NCBI GenBank assembly: GCA_976226885.1
Contig: OZ320319.1
Location: 19,282,001-19,346,000, forward strand
Source: Iphione sp. A-MEVVRFRX5
Taxonomy: Eukaryota
Length of the DNA stretch: 64,000 bases
Direction of reading: 5' to 3'
Under the pieces are notes generated by a model. It was not told the origin of the DNA and searched no databases. It saw only the letters and a program-made list of their open reading frames with translations. Of the stretch, positions 50,310 to 62,843 are shown one piece after another; positions within the stretch are counted from its first letter, which is position 1, and each line of letters starts with the position of its first letter. The position numbers were made by a program, and so were the translations under genes.

Positions 50310-51305
50310 CTACAATAGAAAATGAAGAATGGTGTTAAAAAGAAGTTCAAATGTTTGTTCCTGTACATATTAACGTAGACTTATTTGCCTGCATTTCAAG
50401 AAACCGTTCGGTTTTTGGCTTTGGTACCGAGGTTCGTAAGATTTCGTCAGTAAATGTGAAGAACAGACATATGTAGGCATGTGAGAAGTCGCACGGCCGG
50501 GACTGGTGGTTCTAAGCTCGAATACAGAACGCCCGCTCTCGGTTATGAATGACTGCACATACAAAAGTATAGTAATAGAAAATTTCGTAAACTTTTACAT
50601 CTGGGTGAGATTTGCTAACTACCGGATTATTTTAAGTTTATAGTTTTATATAGTAGATGTAATCAGTATGCGTTAATACGTATTCGATGTTCAAGTAATG
50701 GTTCCGTTTTAGTTGAGAAAAACGACGTAAACTTCTTAGGAAAAATTGATGTTTTTCCAGGAACAAGTGAATGAATGTCGCGGTCATAGTAGAGAGTGAA
50801 AGTGTGGTTAACTTCATATTGTCATGAATTGAATTTGTCACTAATTGATGTATTAATAGTGTCTAGTTATGTAAGGTTCACATCAAAGGTAAATGTCGGT
50901 GGAGCAGTTCCTAGGTGCTTGCTGATTAGGTTTGTTCACGAGAAGTAGTGTACAATTTGTGTGGATGTACACATTAAATATTGTGAAATATGTAGCTAGT
51001 TCAGTTATGAGCTGGGATTTCGTAAAAGTACACTGTACAATTTGTTATAATATTTAAGTACGCTAAATTAATAAAAATCTTGTTGCCTCAGCATTTATAA
51101 TCTTACCTTTGGAGTGAGTTTGTAGAGATTCTAGTTTGAGGAAATGTTGGTTCATTTTCCCAGTTTTTGAGGAACCTCCGGTGAAAAACTGTGGGTCCAA
51201 TATTTCAGTTAATTCAAGTGAACTGCGATGGCGAACGGTGGATGAAAGAAGTGTGTCTCCAGCCGAAAGAGTTTATATAGGTAGAGCCATCACTAGCGAC
51301 AGTCT

Positions 51306-51825
51306 GACAGAACGTTGTATGCCTGCCGGGATGCGAGCGCAGTGGTGATTGGCCGACCGAGAGTAGTTCGTCGAGAAGATAAGTGATGTCGTTGTGTTTG
51401 TAGACAAGCGCCTACGGCGCCTGCCTTATCAGGCGGAGGGATAGTATTTTACAGCCTTCCGTTCTGCCTGAGTGGACACAGGCGTATTGATACTAAATCT
51501 CGTAAAACCGCAGGGCCACATATGTCAGCCACCATGACCGGACTACTTTCGGCCACCGTTTTTTATGGGTAGTGTAATAAATATGCACAAGTGGCAATGT
51601 GATAGAACGTGGCACGTCTGCTGGGACGCAGACGGAGTTGTGATTGGCTGACCGAGTGTAGTTCGCTCAGAAGATAAGTGACGCGTCGTGTTTGCAGAAT
51701 ACGCCCAAACGACAGTGTGACAGGACATGGTGTGCCTGCCGGGACGTAGGCGGTGTGGTGACTGACCGGCCGAGTGTAGTTCATTGACAAGATAAGAGAT
51801 TTCGCTGTGTTTATAGAATACCCAT
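51306..51825. repeat. Three diverged ~118-bp GC-richer repeats, two with ATTGG boxes
   Basis: gacagaacg..gcctgccggga..gtgattggc.gaccgag.gtagttc..agataag units at ~51306, 51601 and 51719. Confidence 0.8.
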
Positions 51826-53734
51826 ACAAGAAACAAAGAAATGGTACATCCCTACGCTGGTGTATACTGAGACGCTAAGTTTACAACTGAACTGATAAGA
51901 ACAGGAGGTTGGGTGACCAGAGAATGGTGTTCGGTTTTATTGTGTGCAGAAGGCGTTAATATGTGTTTGTAGAAGAAGTTTCAGACTGACCATACGGAAC
52001 AGACCGATGGTATGATGGTGTAGGCAGTTACGTTAAGTTTAAACGGATGTGTTGCGCACAAGTGAGGAGATAAGATTGCAAGTGAACTGTGTTGGCCACG
52101 TGTTTCACTAATTTGTGAAATAGCTTTACATGATTAGCTAATAATGAACACGGATAAAAGTAGTACGTATTAGGCGGTGAAGTTGAAAATACTAAACATT
52201 TTGAGTTCTTATAAGTTGGTATGTTTTCAACGTATTTTTCAAACAGAAATACTAGCTTGATACGGTTTATTTGTAGAAAAGTCTAATGAATTGGTGCCCA
52301 TGAAATTATATTGAATAACGGTTAATCAGCAATAAGTATGGAACCTGGCAGTAGTACTAGTTGTTCTGAAATGTGGCAAGACAATGGCATATAACTTAAC
52401 TTGGAAAAACTTTTGGAATTGTGTAGGAAATAGTAAAAACTGATTAAAATCAATCATTAAAAATAAGTTGTGATAATTCAATATCCGAATGTGTTATTGA
52501 TTACAAAACACAGTAAATATGTTAGTTAAATTCAGATTATTTAATCTATAGGAATTGCTTTAATTTTTGTTATAGTAAATACAACTTAGGTAGACAGAAC
52601 ACAATAGGTTGAAGTTTTCTCTTTATTTAATAGTTACATCCGTACAAGTCAGACAGTTTTATACAACATATGTAGGGTGAATGTTTGTACTTTGTTCGGA
52701 AGTTGTAGTTGTACAAATTCAAATAATTTAGTACGTATCTATAAATGGTTACAACCTAACGACCATCGAATTTCTCTTAATGTTTTAAAAGGCAAGTTGT
52801 AGTGAATGTCTAAAAACTTTATATACTATAGTTATGTATCCGTCAATTTTATAAACTGATTATATCAGACATCTTAAAACATGTGTTAAAATACAAACTT
52901 ATTGTGAGAAGCGTACCAATTTTCTACTGAAAGAAACTAATCTAATATGTTGTTTGGATTTTGTATTACGACTGCTAGTCTACTCTAAACCATTCAGAGA
53001 ATAAAATAACTATAATAACGGTCTTATGAGGAATCTAATTTTATTAAAATAATGAGTCAAGTAAATCAGCTGTTGTATCATTTTTAAGACACTATCGCTA
53101 TAGGCCAAACAAGTGAAATTGTCAATTGCGACATTAACAGTGCCTACCAACACAACACAGCCGATTGGGAATTAGATGATCTCTGAATATATATTCAGTA
53201 TTTAATGTTTATGCAAAATCGTATGTTCATGTACATTTATATTATTTCCGATTATGTCAATGACAGTCAAATAATATGTAAGGACAGTTCAGTTCTTGCA
53301 AAATATCGCTCGACTAGAATATATCAGTAAGAAACTAATATTTTTCGTATTGTAAATAGTTGTTCATTTGAACCTAGTGTTACACACTTTTTGTGCTTAT
53401 AAAAATACATGAGCAACTCATGTCATGTAATACAGCTTCAAAAGTTTAAAGATGATTTAGTTAATAAAACATAAACGCAGTACCATTACAAGTGAGTTGT
53501 ACTATCATGTCTACATAAAGCATACACGACTACAAATAAACTACTGTTCTACTATAATCAAACGGTTCTAACTGTGTCGATTGTCTTCCTGTATTCATAT
53601 ACTTGGATATGTATAAGAACAAAGACAATAATACAACACACAAATATAACACTGATTTTAACGGACAAAATGAATGTAATAGAGTCAATTATATGACTAG
53701 TACAAGCATTTGATACATAACTGGTTTATACAGT

Positions 53735-55160
53735 TCAGCATTCATCTTCCCAAGCTAAATCGATAGGAGGATTTCGAGAACATGAAGCCGAAAGCCGGGT
53801 TTCGAACGACTTTTGTGCATCTTTTATAGCCGTGATGTCTGTTTCAACATTAGAGAGCGACTGCTTTGTTTTGTCGTGGCCATTTAGTAAATAATTAATA
53901 GCGTTATGGTGTTCGATCGCCTCTTGGTTCATCTGTTGTATTTGGCTTTCTAAGTAGCTGTTTTTTTTCTGAAGATTCAATACCGTCATCCGCAAGTGAA
54001 GAACGTCCGTTGATAAGGTTTGTACAAGTTCGTTAAGTAAACGAACGTTGTCATCTGCAAATACATACAATAAACCTGTAAATTGTTTGCTGTATTTCAA
54101 AATTAGGAAAAAAATTAACAATGTATAACAATTTTGCTGCACTAACAACTGTGACAACTGTTAGGTGTAGTTAACTGGTAAGGATCAATCGCAGGTTACA
54201 AGAAACTTGGCTTCAATGTTTTAGTTCTTGGCGTTTGAATGTGATAAAACTTTTACTTTAGTTGTTAGAGATTGCCTTATTTAAGACGTTTAATATTTGT
54301 GCAAGTTATTTTCAGGTCCATCTTATTTACTTAAAGAAAATTAGAACTAGACAACTCCTACATGAATAACTGTATGTTGGCTATGGTCGAAGAAGTATTA
54401 CAAAATCATGTTCACATTGAAATATAACTTACAGTTTGTGCAATTTCTCGCTATGGACGTTGTCACTGTGATTTGCATTTGGTCGCTTGATGCACTATCT
54501 GAAAAGATGAATACCAATATGCATAATAGTCAAGTATTTATGTGTGAATCATAGTATTTACTTAAACACTTAATAGATAATAATAAGTGTTAGTTTCACT
54601 AAATTTAAACTTCTGCAGAAAAATAGTACGTTTTTTTTCAGTTTATAATTAGATATTCGGCAACAAATTGACATGATAAGTTCTAAAGGGTAAATCTCAA
54701 GATAACATGTCTTAGTCGTATGTACTCTGTCTTAGTTTGATCAATTCTGAGTGCTTGAACAAGTCTATCGATCTTAGTTTACGGAACAGACTAACAAAAA
54801 CAATAAACAAGTATTTCAATAATTTTGGAATTATGAATGTATGAGTTAGACAATCTATTTCGAGTGTACAATTCGTCTCAGGCAAATAGTAAATGATGTT
54901 GTTGTCGTAGTCGACATGACAGGAAGTCTTCATCATAAAACACTACTACATTAAATAACAACCGGTGTCGTTGGCTACTGTGGATTATTTCGAGAGCAAT
55001 CGAAACGGAAGAATTCTTTATGGTTCTAAAGAAACTATGATGTTGTATTGCGTCTAGTATTCATCACATACTTACGTGTAGAATCTGCGTGGGTTGTTGC
55101 GTTAACTGGTGGGCTGACATAAACTGGAGTAGGATGTACTATAGTGCTTCTGTCATCCAT
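53735..55160 (-). CDS. Coiled-coil cargo gene Y, 134 aa; exons 55160-55076 and 54054-53735
   Basis: ATG...ACAC|gtaagt phase 1 joins atttgcag|AT phase 1, total 405 nt. Paralogous to gene X. Confidence 0.72.
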
Positions 55161-55800
55161 GTCGTTGAGGTGTTCTTTTAAGAAGACCGATTAGTGAATT
55201 TAATTAATCCGCTAATGTACAATTGTCTAACGTATCACAGTTAAGAATATGTGTCAATTGACGCGTGGAGTCAAACACTAGCTACGCAACTGAGGTGGTA
55301 CTCGAAGTCCAACTTTCACATAGGGTAGCTGAAGAGTCCTCGAATCCTATTGGATAAAGATGGACCACTCATAAGCCGGTTTTACAGGTAGTGTCGAAGC
55401 CGGTAGTGTGGACAGTATTCATGGTGATACGTGCTAAACACTTGCCCTATGACGTCATACCATTAGCAAGAGAACATTTGTCATTATATATAAAATGTTT
55501 ATATGCGTGTTTCCTTTAAAATCTTTATTTCAAATATTGTACATTGGATTCAAAAGACAAATACATGTTTTGTTAAATTAGTTTATTCTTATTCTGAAGA
55601 AAAAGGTGAAATAACAATTGAGGAATTTGGTAAGGAAAAATTTGTTCTATTTGACAGCGGGCATGTACGTTTGCTGCTTTTGTGCATATATATAGAGAAA
55701 TGTTAAATACATAAACTTTATGAGTTTATACTTTTAATTTTCAACATGCAGGCCGTAGCGTTAGATTTTCACACAAAACTTAGTTGGTGTTCTCAATATA

Positions 55801-56050
55801 CAGGGGTGAGGCCAAGAGTGGTCGCAGGGTATCAGGAGCGTCAATGGGGACGTCTTTGATGGTCTCTCACCCTGGAGGGGTGAGGCTGAGAGTGGTCGCG
55901 GGCGTCAACTTCGACGACTTTGATGTTCCTCACACCGTGGAGGGGTTGGCCGGGGTGGTCGCGGGCGTCAACGAGGACATCTCTGATTTTCCTCGCACTT
56001 TGGAGAGGGTCGGCCGGCAGTGGTCGGGTCGTCAACGGTGACGTCTTTGA
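55801..56050. repeat. GC-rich ~63-74-bp tandem repeat, 4 copies
   Basis: gtggtcg(c)gggcgtcaa cores at 55818, 55892, 55955 and 56020. Confidence 0.85.
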
Positions 56051-56587
56051 TACATTTACTTGAATAAATGGCAATTACTACCTATTACCTATCCCTACCT
56101 ATTATTATTGATTTGTAGAGAGAGAGAGAAAGGGATATGATTTCAAGCCCAGACCCCTCCTAAATTACTTTGCGACCGTATTCAGAATTCCGACCATTTT
56201 GGGCCGACCCAAGTGATGGTCGGAAAGTGAGTTTCTCCTGTACATCAATTACGCGTTATACTTAATATTTCCCAGTAGGAACTTGGAGTATTTTAAACTG
56301 ACAATTAGTGTGTGATAAGTTGACAGACTTCATATACATATTATAAATTATGAAACTTTCGTTGCAGAACTAGAATATTGAGAATGCACTGTCAGTACTA
56401 CAAATAGCTACAAAGCATAAAGAAAATTTTAAGTATAAGACGAATGGTTAAAAAGCTTTGTTGTTAACATTTTCTGCATAAATATTGGAATAGGTATTTT
56501 GTTTATGTGTATGTTATAGAAGTACTTAGAAGAAACAATTCATAACACAAAAAGACTGTTCAGTGTTAAGTCTGGAATGTTTATTTG

Positions 56588-58553
56588 TCATTTCTTTTCC
56601 CGGCGGCAACAAACACTGTCAATAAAGAGTTGTAATTCATGTAGCCAGTGATGTATGATATAACGAGGAATTTCATCATCACGCTTAAGTAGTTCATGTC
56701 TAAATATGATGTTGTTTTCTTCTACACCATTTAATGGTAAACAAGTGTCCGGGGTGGTGTAGCCATTTTTATAGTTCATAGTTATTGCTAAACTATTTTT
56801 GGTTACAATGTGGTGGTTGAGTTTGATCTGTTCTCGTGACTTCGGGTGTCCAATTTGCATACCATGGATAGGAAGGAAAATTACATGCTGCATTTTTGAG
56901 GTTACAAGTGTATTGACAATAGTGGTCATGTTGATCCAGGCATCATGCTTCAAGGCTGTAGCTGACGAATACGTAAGTTTGTATTTGTCTTGAAATATCG
57001 ATACTAGATCATCAAGGCCCAAGTATACTAATGTAATATTGGTGTCAATCATTTGTAGCCGGTGAATTTGTTTAATGACATCTTCAATGCGTCCACTAGG
57101 AAAGATTATAGTGGTCCAGTCATACAAGTGCCCAAGAGTGTTCTCCACAATTCGGCTGAAGTCTTGGCCTCGCGTGTCTGTCACCATTGTTACTTTCGGT
57201 TTTGTGTCCATCTGCAGAAAGCGAATTTTTTTTGTATAGTACATAATATTTTGTTAATGAAATCAACAGTTTGTTCAATTTGTAACAAACGGGAAGAATT
57301 GAAATAAGCAATAGTTATATCTCTACCGACATATAGGTTACTTCTACACAATCCATGGAATGCAGCTAAACAACGCCATTATATAATACAACAAAACTGT
57401 ACGTTCTGATTGAATTTCAAATAATGTGATATTTGTTAGATAGAAGCAAATATTTCTGAAATTCCTCCCATCACTATCACTAAAAAGATATGAAGTATAT
57501 ATTTTTTTCATTAAGAACACTAAATGTATGATTCGGCCGTATATAGTTCTACAAAAACAGCGTCAGTTGAATTACAACTTGTACTTATTTATTACAACCA
57601 TTTCGTTATTATAGCAGTTCTATAAAGATTCTTGTAACTTATCACACTGTCGTGGCTGTCAAGGTGGCGGCGTGGTTTTATATAGCCATTATCGAATAGC
57701 ATAACTGAGTGTGAACGTGGCGAGTAGTGGTTTCTCATTGAATACAGGTAATGTTTGTTATACACTTTGTGGTCGGTGCGACATGTATGTTCAATGGTAA
57801 AAACAAAAACTGAAACAAGTCGTTAGTAATCGTAGGTACATATGTTGTCGAGTAGTAATGAACTATCTCTGGATCGAAATTTATCATATACGTTTACAAA
57901 AAGTTTGCTTAAGGACAGCTGGTAGAGAACATGTATCCAAATCAGAGCTGGGCACCCAACAAAAAGTTGTCGCGTTTTTTAACCTCCTTGTCGTAAAAAT
58001 ACAGTTAGTTCGGTACTGAACCAGTGGAAAACAAAAGAGGGTTGTCGCATTCTTTTCAGTCTTTGACGCATGTTTTTAGCGAAATGCGACAGGGTGTCCA
58101 GTCCTGCAAATTCTCTGACATTGTAGTGTTGGTGAAAACCAATGCGTTTTACCGAACTACTGTTTGGATAAAAGTGTTCATTGGTATTTAGTGGTAATAC
58201 GAATTGTTGTTTTCTAACTAATTTTGTTCATTGGAAAATTAATCTTCTGTTGTAAGTTTCCAGGAGTGATTAAACTTACTTTAATTCAATTAAATGCAAA
58301 TAGTATTTACCTTGTAATGACAATATGCTCGCTTAACGTCTTCCTGGTAGGAATTTCGTTTGGTCCAACTGAAGTAGTGTTTGTAGCAGCACGACGTTGA
58401 TACATCTACTGGGCTTTGCGTGTCTCCTACTGATACAGTATGCTGTGCTGATTCGTTGAATCTTACACGCACGTTGTGCGCATGCGCTTGAAACTTGTTA
58501 GAGAATTTAAGAAAAGTATTGGCAGCTAAATTGAGTCTTGTATCGATGTTCAT
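56588..58553 (-). CDS. SGNH/GDSL-fold protein, probably catalytically inactive; exons 58553-58311 (tentative) and 57211-56588
   Basis: Block-like motifs VTDTRG (DSRG type, Ser to Thr), FPSG, YLGLDD and RDDEIP (no DxxH His). AAG|gtaaat and ctgcag|ATG are both phase 0. Confidence 0.6.
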
Positions 58554-59940
58554 TTTACAATATGTTAATCAATGTATCAATATAAGTTTTGAGTCGACTG
58601 TTGACCATAGTTTTGTATTAGTTAATTCTGTAAATGAACGAGTTTACAATGTTTCTTTAACTTGACTGTGCAAAGTTTTAGATTTGTATGTTCAAAACAA
58701 GTATGATACTACTTTTGCAGTCATAGGCGAACAAGATTCTCTATTACAGAACTGGGCATCTAAAACAAAGTTGTTTCAATTATGGCGTATTTCTTAAGGT
58801 CTCTGTCGCAAATTCACCAACTAGTGAAGAGAAAAAGAAAGTTGTCGCATTTCTTAGCATCTCTGTGTCATGTTTTTTACGAAATGCGACAGGTTGCCCA
58901 CCTCTATATTACTTTACCAAATATATACTCGGTCTAAGCCGGAGGTAGCCTGACAGTCACGGATGACATATATCGCTCTTTTTCTCAAGAAAGTGTAGTA
59001 TTCTTACGCTTCTTCGTATTGGTACGTAGAAGTGAAACTTATATAGATGGGCTAGTACTTGAACGTATCTGTCCTGGTAGATTGTAATTTTTACTGCTTC
59101 TACTTTCTCTACAATACACTTTTACTAAACAACCAGTCCAAACGTTAAAACGTGTGAGTTATATGGATGTTCGTACTTGATATACTCGTTGTGTTTCAAG
59201 TGCTATGGAAGTTTGTGTCGAAAAAATTGTCATTTAACATACAACTGGTTTTATAGCAATGACGGGTATTAACGTCGAGCAAGAGCGCGATAAGAACTGA
59301 AATGGACGACAAATGTCGCAATTATCGACTAAAGAATTACAACTACAACCACGTTTAACTAATGTGCAATATTGTACTTTTAAGCACGGTATAAATATCT
59401 AAAGCCACACAAAAATATGTTTTAAGGAATAGGATCAATGAGAGTGTCGTTTCAGTGCAAGCGTGATTTAGAAATGCTTCTGTTTATGTAAAATGTGAGT
59501 TTTACAAATATAGTTACAATAGTTGTTGAGTATGTAGGAATAAATTTTTAGTCTCCCATTATACTGAACAGTTTCGAGCTATAACAGATAATTGTCTTAA
59601 ATAGTTTTCAGAATTGCCTTTGTGCATGTAATCTACGGCAGTTTGACCTGCAGTATATTGTATATTGTTAGGTACTGATGTAAAAGGTGGTATAAAAATG
59701 ACAAAACGCTTATTACTGCAACTTTCAAAAATATTGGTATTGTTATCATTGGTCTTAGACAAAATAGTTTTAAAAAACGACAAACTCATTAGGTACGTTC
59801 ATACTATTTATTTACTAAACTATCAAACAATGATAATTATTGAACGTATTTTATGTAAGTTGAACTTAAACAAACTTAACTAGCACATAACAGCTACATT
59901 CACATGAACATTTTGTAATACATTGTTCTTTGTTTACAAG

Positions 59941-60185
59941 TGTACAAATACGCCTCAAATCAAAATTGTCCAGTACTGTAGCTTTATACAACCACATGAA
60001 GTTTAACTAAAGTATAGTCGCGAGACATCAAAGTAAAACATGTGGTTTGTAGAACGTTGTGTACAAATAGACCTAAATCGACGTTTTGAAGTATTGTAGC
60101 TTTACAGCGACCACATGAAGTTTAACTAAAGTACACTCGTAAGACATCATAGTAAAATATGTAGTTTACAGAGCCTGAGATGCAA
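59941..60185. repeat. ~119-bp tandem duplication
   Basis: tgtacaaata...gtagcttta...accacatgaagtttaactaaagta occurs twice. Confidence 0.85.
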
Positions 60186-60525
60186 AACACTCGACTTCTG
60201 AATTTATACACGATAACAATGAAACCTTTAAATTAAACTTTAAATTATAGTGAAAAGCATTTTCTACGTGTACGCAAACTTATTAAAAATGATGTTTGGT
60301 AGTAGGTATTATTATTGAGAACTGTCAAAAACATTATATTAACAAAGATCTAATTGTTTGGCTGACAAACTCCTGGTTACAATTGAAAAGTCTTGTGCTT
60401 ATGGTTCACCTAAATACTATAACAAAGCTTGACGTAACAAATTTATATTCAAAGTAAACTCCTTCATAGAGGTTGATGACAAACCAGTTCTTGGTACAAT
60501 GTACAGTTTATGTCGGGACTGTACG

Positions 60526-61050
60526 ACAGCAGAACACTACTACTAGTGAAAGTAGATTACGGTTATTTATGTTGAATACAAACAACTACGCTAACAACTT
60601 ATTTCTAAACATAAGTGACTAAATCATATTTTCTATTTTTTCTACTTCTGTGAAAAAAATGCACCGTTTCATATACCATTGTTAGGTTTATCACGCATGA
60701 ATGTTTGTTGTAACCAAATCTTTTATTGGTATTGTAAAACACGACATAGTAAACATGTTCTGTGGTATTAAAATTATTATACGGCAACAGAACAGTACTA
60801 CCAATGAAACTAACTTATGGTTATACATGTTAGAAACAAACAACTACGCTAACAAATGATCTATAAACACATATACTAAAACTTATTTCTACTTTATCAA
60901 CCTTTGTGGAAAAATGCACCGTTTCATATATCTTTGATAAGATTTATTACGCTTTGAATGTTTCTTGTAACCAACTCAATTAGCGGTATCTTAGAGCACG
61001 GAATAGTAAAACATGTTCTGTAGTATGTTGTTGCATCGACCAAAACAACT
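60526..61050. repeat. ~260-bp diverged tandem duplication
   Basis: acaaacaactacgctaac and aaaatgcaccgtttcatata each occur twice, ~259 nt apart. Confidence 0.85.
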
Positions 61051-61083
61051 GAGCATGTTTCTGTCAAAAACTCAACAAACAAC

Positions 61084-62022
61084 TTACTTTTTGATTTGTT
61101 CAACAACAAAGTCAATCGCTTTCTGAACTTCAGTCATTTGCTGTTGCAACATTTCTGTTTTGTGTGCCACTTGTAACAGTCCTTGTTCAAACCCATTTAC
61201 TTTCTTTAGTGCATCAGAAACTTCTTTATGAAGAACATTAACTTCGGCGTGTACAACGGTTAATCTAGTGGTCAGTATCGCTGCTTGCTTGTCTGTACAA
61301 CCCCTATGGTCGATCTGAGTTTGCGCTATTTGAGCTTGCAGTGTGTTTAGACTTTGGTGTAAAAGTGTTATTCTTTTATCAATTGATTCACTTTTCATAT
61401 CTTTTAGTTCGAGAATTCGTTTGGCATTCTGTAAAACACATACTTGGAGCTGTTTTATATGTTGTTGTGCTGTATAAAGCGAATGTGCAGATTTGTCACT
61501 TTTATCACGTCTTGGTGACTTGTGATATGTAACTTCTTCCAGTTGTGCTGGTGGTTGACATGGCTTTTGAAATAGTCGTTTAGGAATCCAACTAGAAACT
61601 AAGTTTTTGTTCTGTTCCTCTACCACTTTTTCCAGTACATTGCCACCATTGGAACTACTATGTGTAGATGGACTTTGATTGTCATCACCTAGCTTAACAG
61701 TTTCTACACTTTCACTAATTGGTATCAAAGTGTATACTATTTCATCTTCACCTGCTATCATTGACTTTTGCTGTTCACCTGAAACAGTGCTTGTTGGTGT
61801 CCTCGAATGCTTTTCATTGCTTATACTTCTAAATAGTTGACTAGTTCCTGAAGTACTAGCGCCTGGTTCAGGCGTTTCAGAAGATTGCTGTGAATGTATG
61901 CAAACCGGACTATCGGATCTAATCACTTGTCGTGATAGTGGTACGACTTCTGTAGTTTCTGGACCACTACTTCCTTCTGTATCTTGTTCGTACAAAATAG
62001 CAGTCTGCTCAGTCATCTTTGC
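61084..62022 (-). CDS. Cargo gene W exon: Ser/Thr-rich disordered N-half plus long coiled coil (~310 aa)
   Basis: ctgcag|GCAAAGATG acceptor and a 310-codon ORF. It ends either at TAA or at donor AA|gtaagt (61087). Confidence 0.7.
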   Translation of the reverse strand, partial: AKMTEQTAILYEQDTEGSSGPETTEVVPLSRQVIRSDSPVCIHSQQSSETPEPGASTSGTSQLFRSISNEKHSRTPTSTVSGEQQKSMIAGEDEIVYTLIPISESVETVKLGDDNQSPSTHSSSNGGNVLEKVVEEQNKNLVSSWIPKRLFQKPCQPPAQLEEVTYHKSPRRDKSDKSAHSLYTAQQHIKQLQVCVLQNAKRILELKDMKSESIDKRITLLHQSLNTLQAQIAQTQIDHRGCTDKQAAILTTRLTVVHAEVNVLHKEVSDALKKVNGFEQGLLQVAHKTEMLQQQMTEVQKAIDFVVEQIKK

Positions 62023-62336
62023 CTGCAGTTCATCCGAAATAGGGAACCCTAGTTCAACGGAAAAATAAGTTTGCGGTAGTATTTAGTATGTGGTGTATGT
62101 ACAACATACATGTAGATATATCACAACAGTTTACAATCGGTCAGAACAATTCCTATTGAGAAACTAATATTTTATACATGAACTTGTATACTTTTTTTTT
62201 AATACAGTATTTACACTGGAAGATTACAGTCATGTGCTTATTGTGATCCAGTTTGTTCTAACTTTGTTGGTTCACTATGATACGTACAGATGATAAATTA
62301 TTCTATGGTATGTATGAGCATTAATGATGATGAATC

Positions 62337-62843
62337 TTATGTACGTGTGAATCTGGTAATACAATTGCATGTTGCCATCTGGTCTTTTATCACTTTGCTG
62401 TGAAATAGATTTGTGTCATATGTATATTGTAGTTTGCGAACCGTCAATATGTACCCACCTTCCGCATCCATAACTTTTTTCCATTGCAGCCATTCTTGTG
62501 CTACTTGTTCATCAGTTTTAAACTTCGACCGTCTCGGATAAGTAGGCGGTAGTCCTACTTCTGAAAGAAAACATTTTTAAAACAATACGTTTCGACTACT
62601 TCACAGTAATGTAGAGTTCATTCAATGATTTATTTTCAAATACAATCAAGTTAAACACCTGCCAACTTCTATTTGGAATTTTAAAACCAGAATTCATCTT
62701 TGAAAAACTTTACTATTGGACACAGTACCTGCTCTTCTCTCTTCACGTCTGGCAGCAGCCATTAGTCGGTTGTGGCGTTTATATGCTTCGTATCGTTCAA
62801 ATGCTCCTGGTTTTTTAGTTTTTACCGGATGCTTTTTTGGCAT
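62337..62843 (-). CDS. Small two-exon basic protein, 112 aa; exons 62843-62729 and 62560-62337
   Basis: caccATG context. GCAG|gtactg phase 1 joins tttctttcag|AA. Translation MPKKHPVKTKKPGAFERYEAYKRHNRL...QEWLQWKKV...; no family recognised. Confidence 0.6.

Noticed and set aside
55749-56240. CAGG...CCTG-bounded MITE
   Set aside because: Only 4 terminal bases match and no convincing TSD was found.
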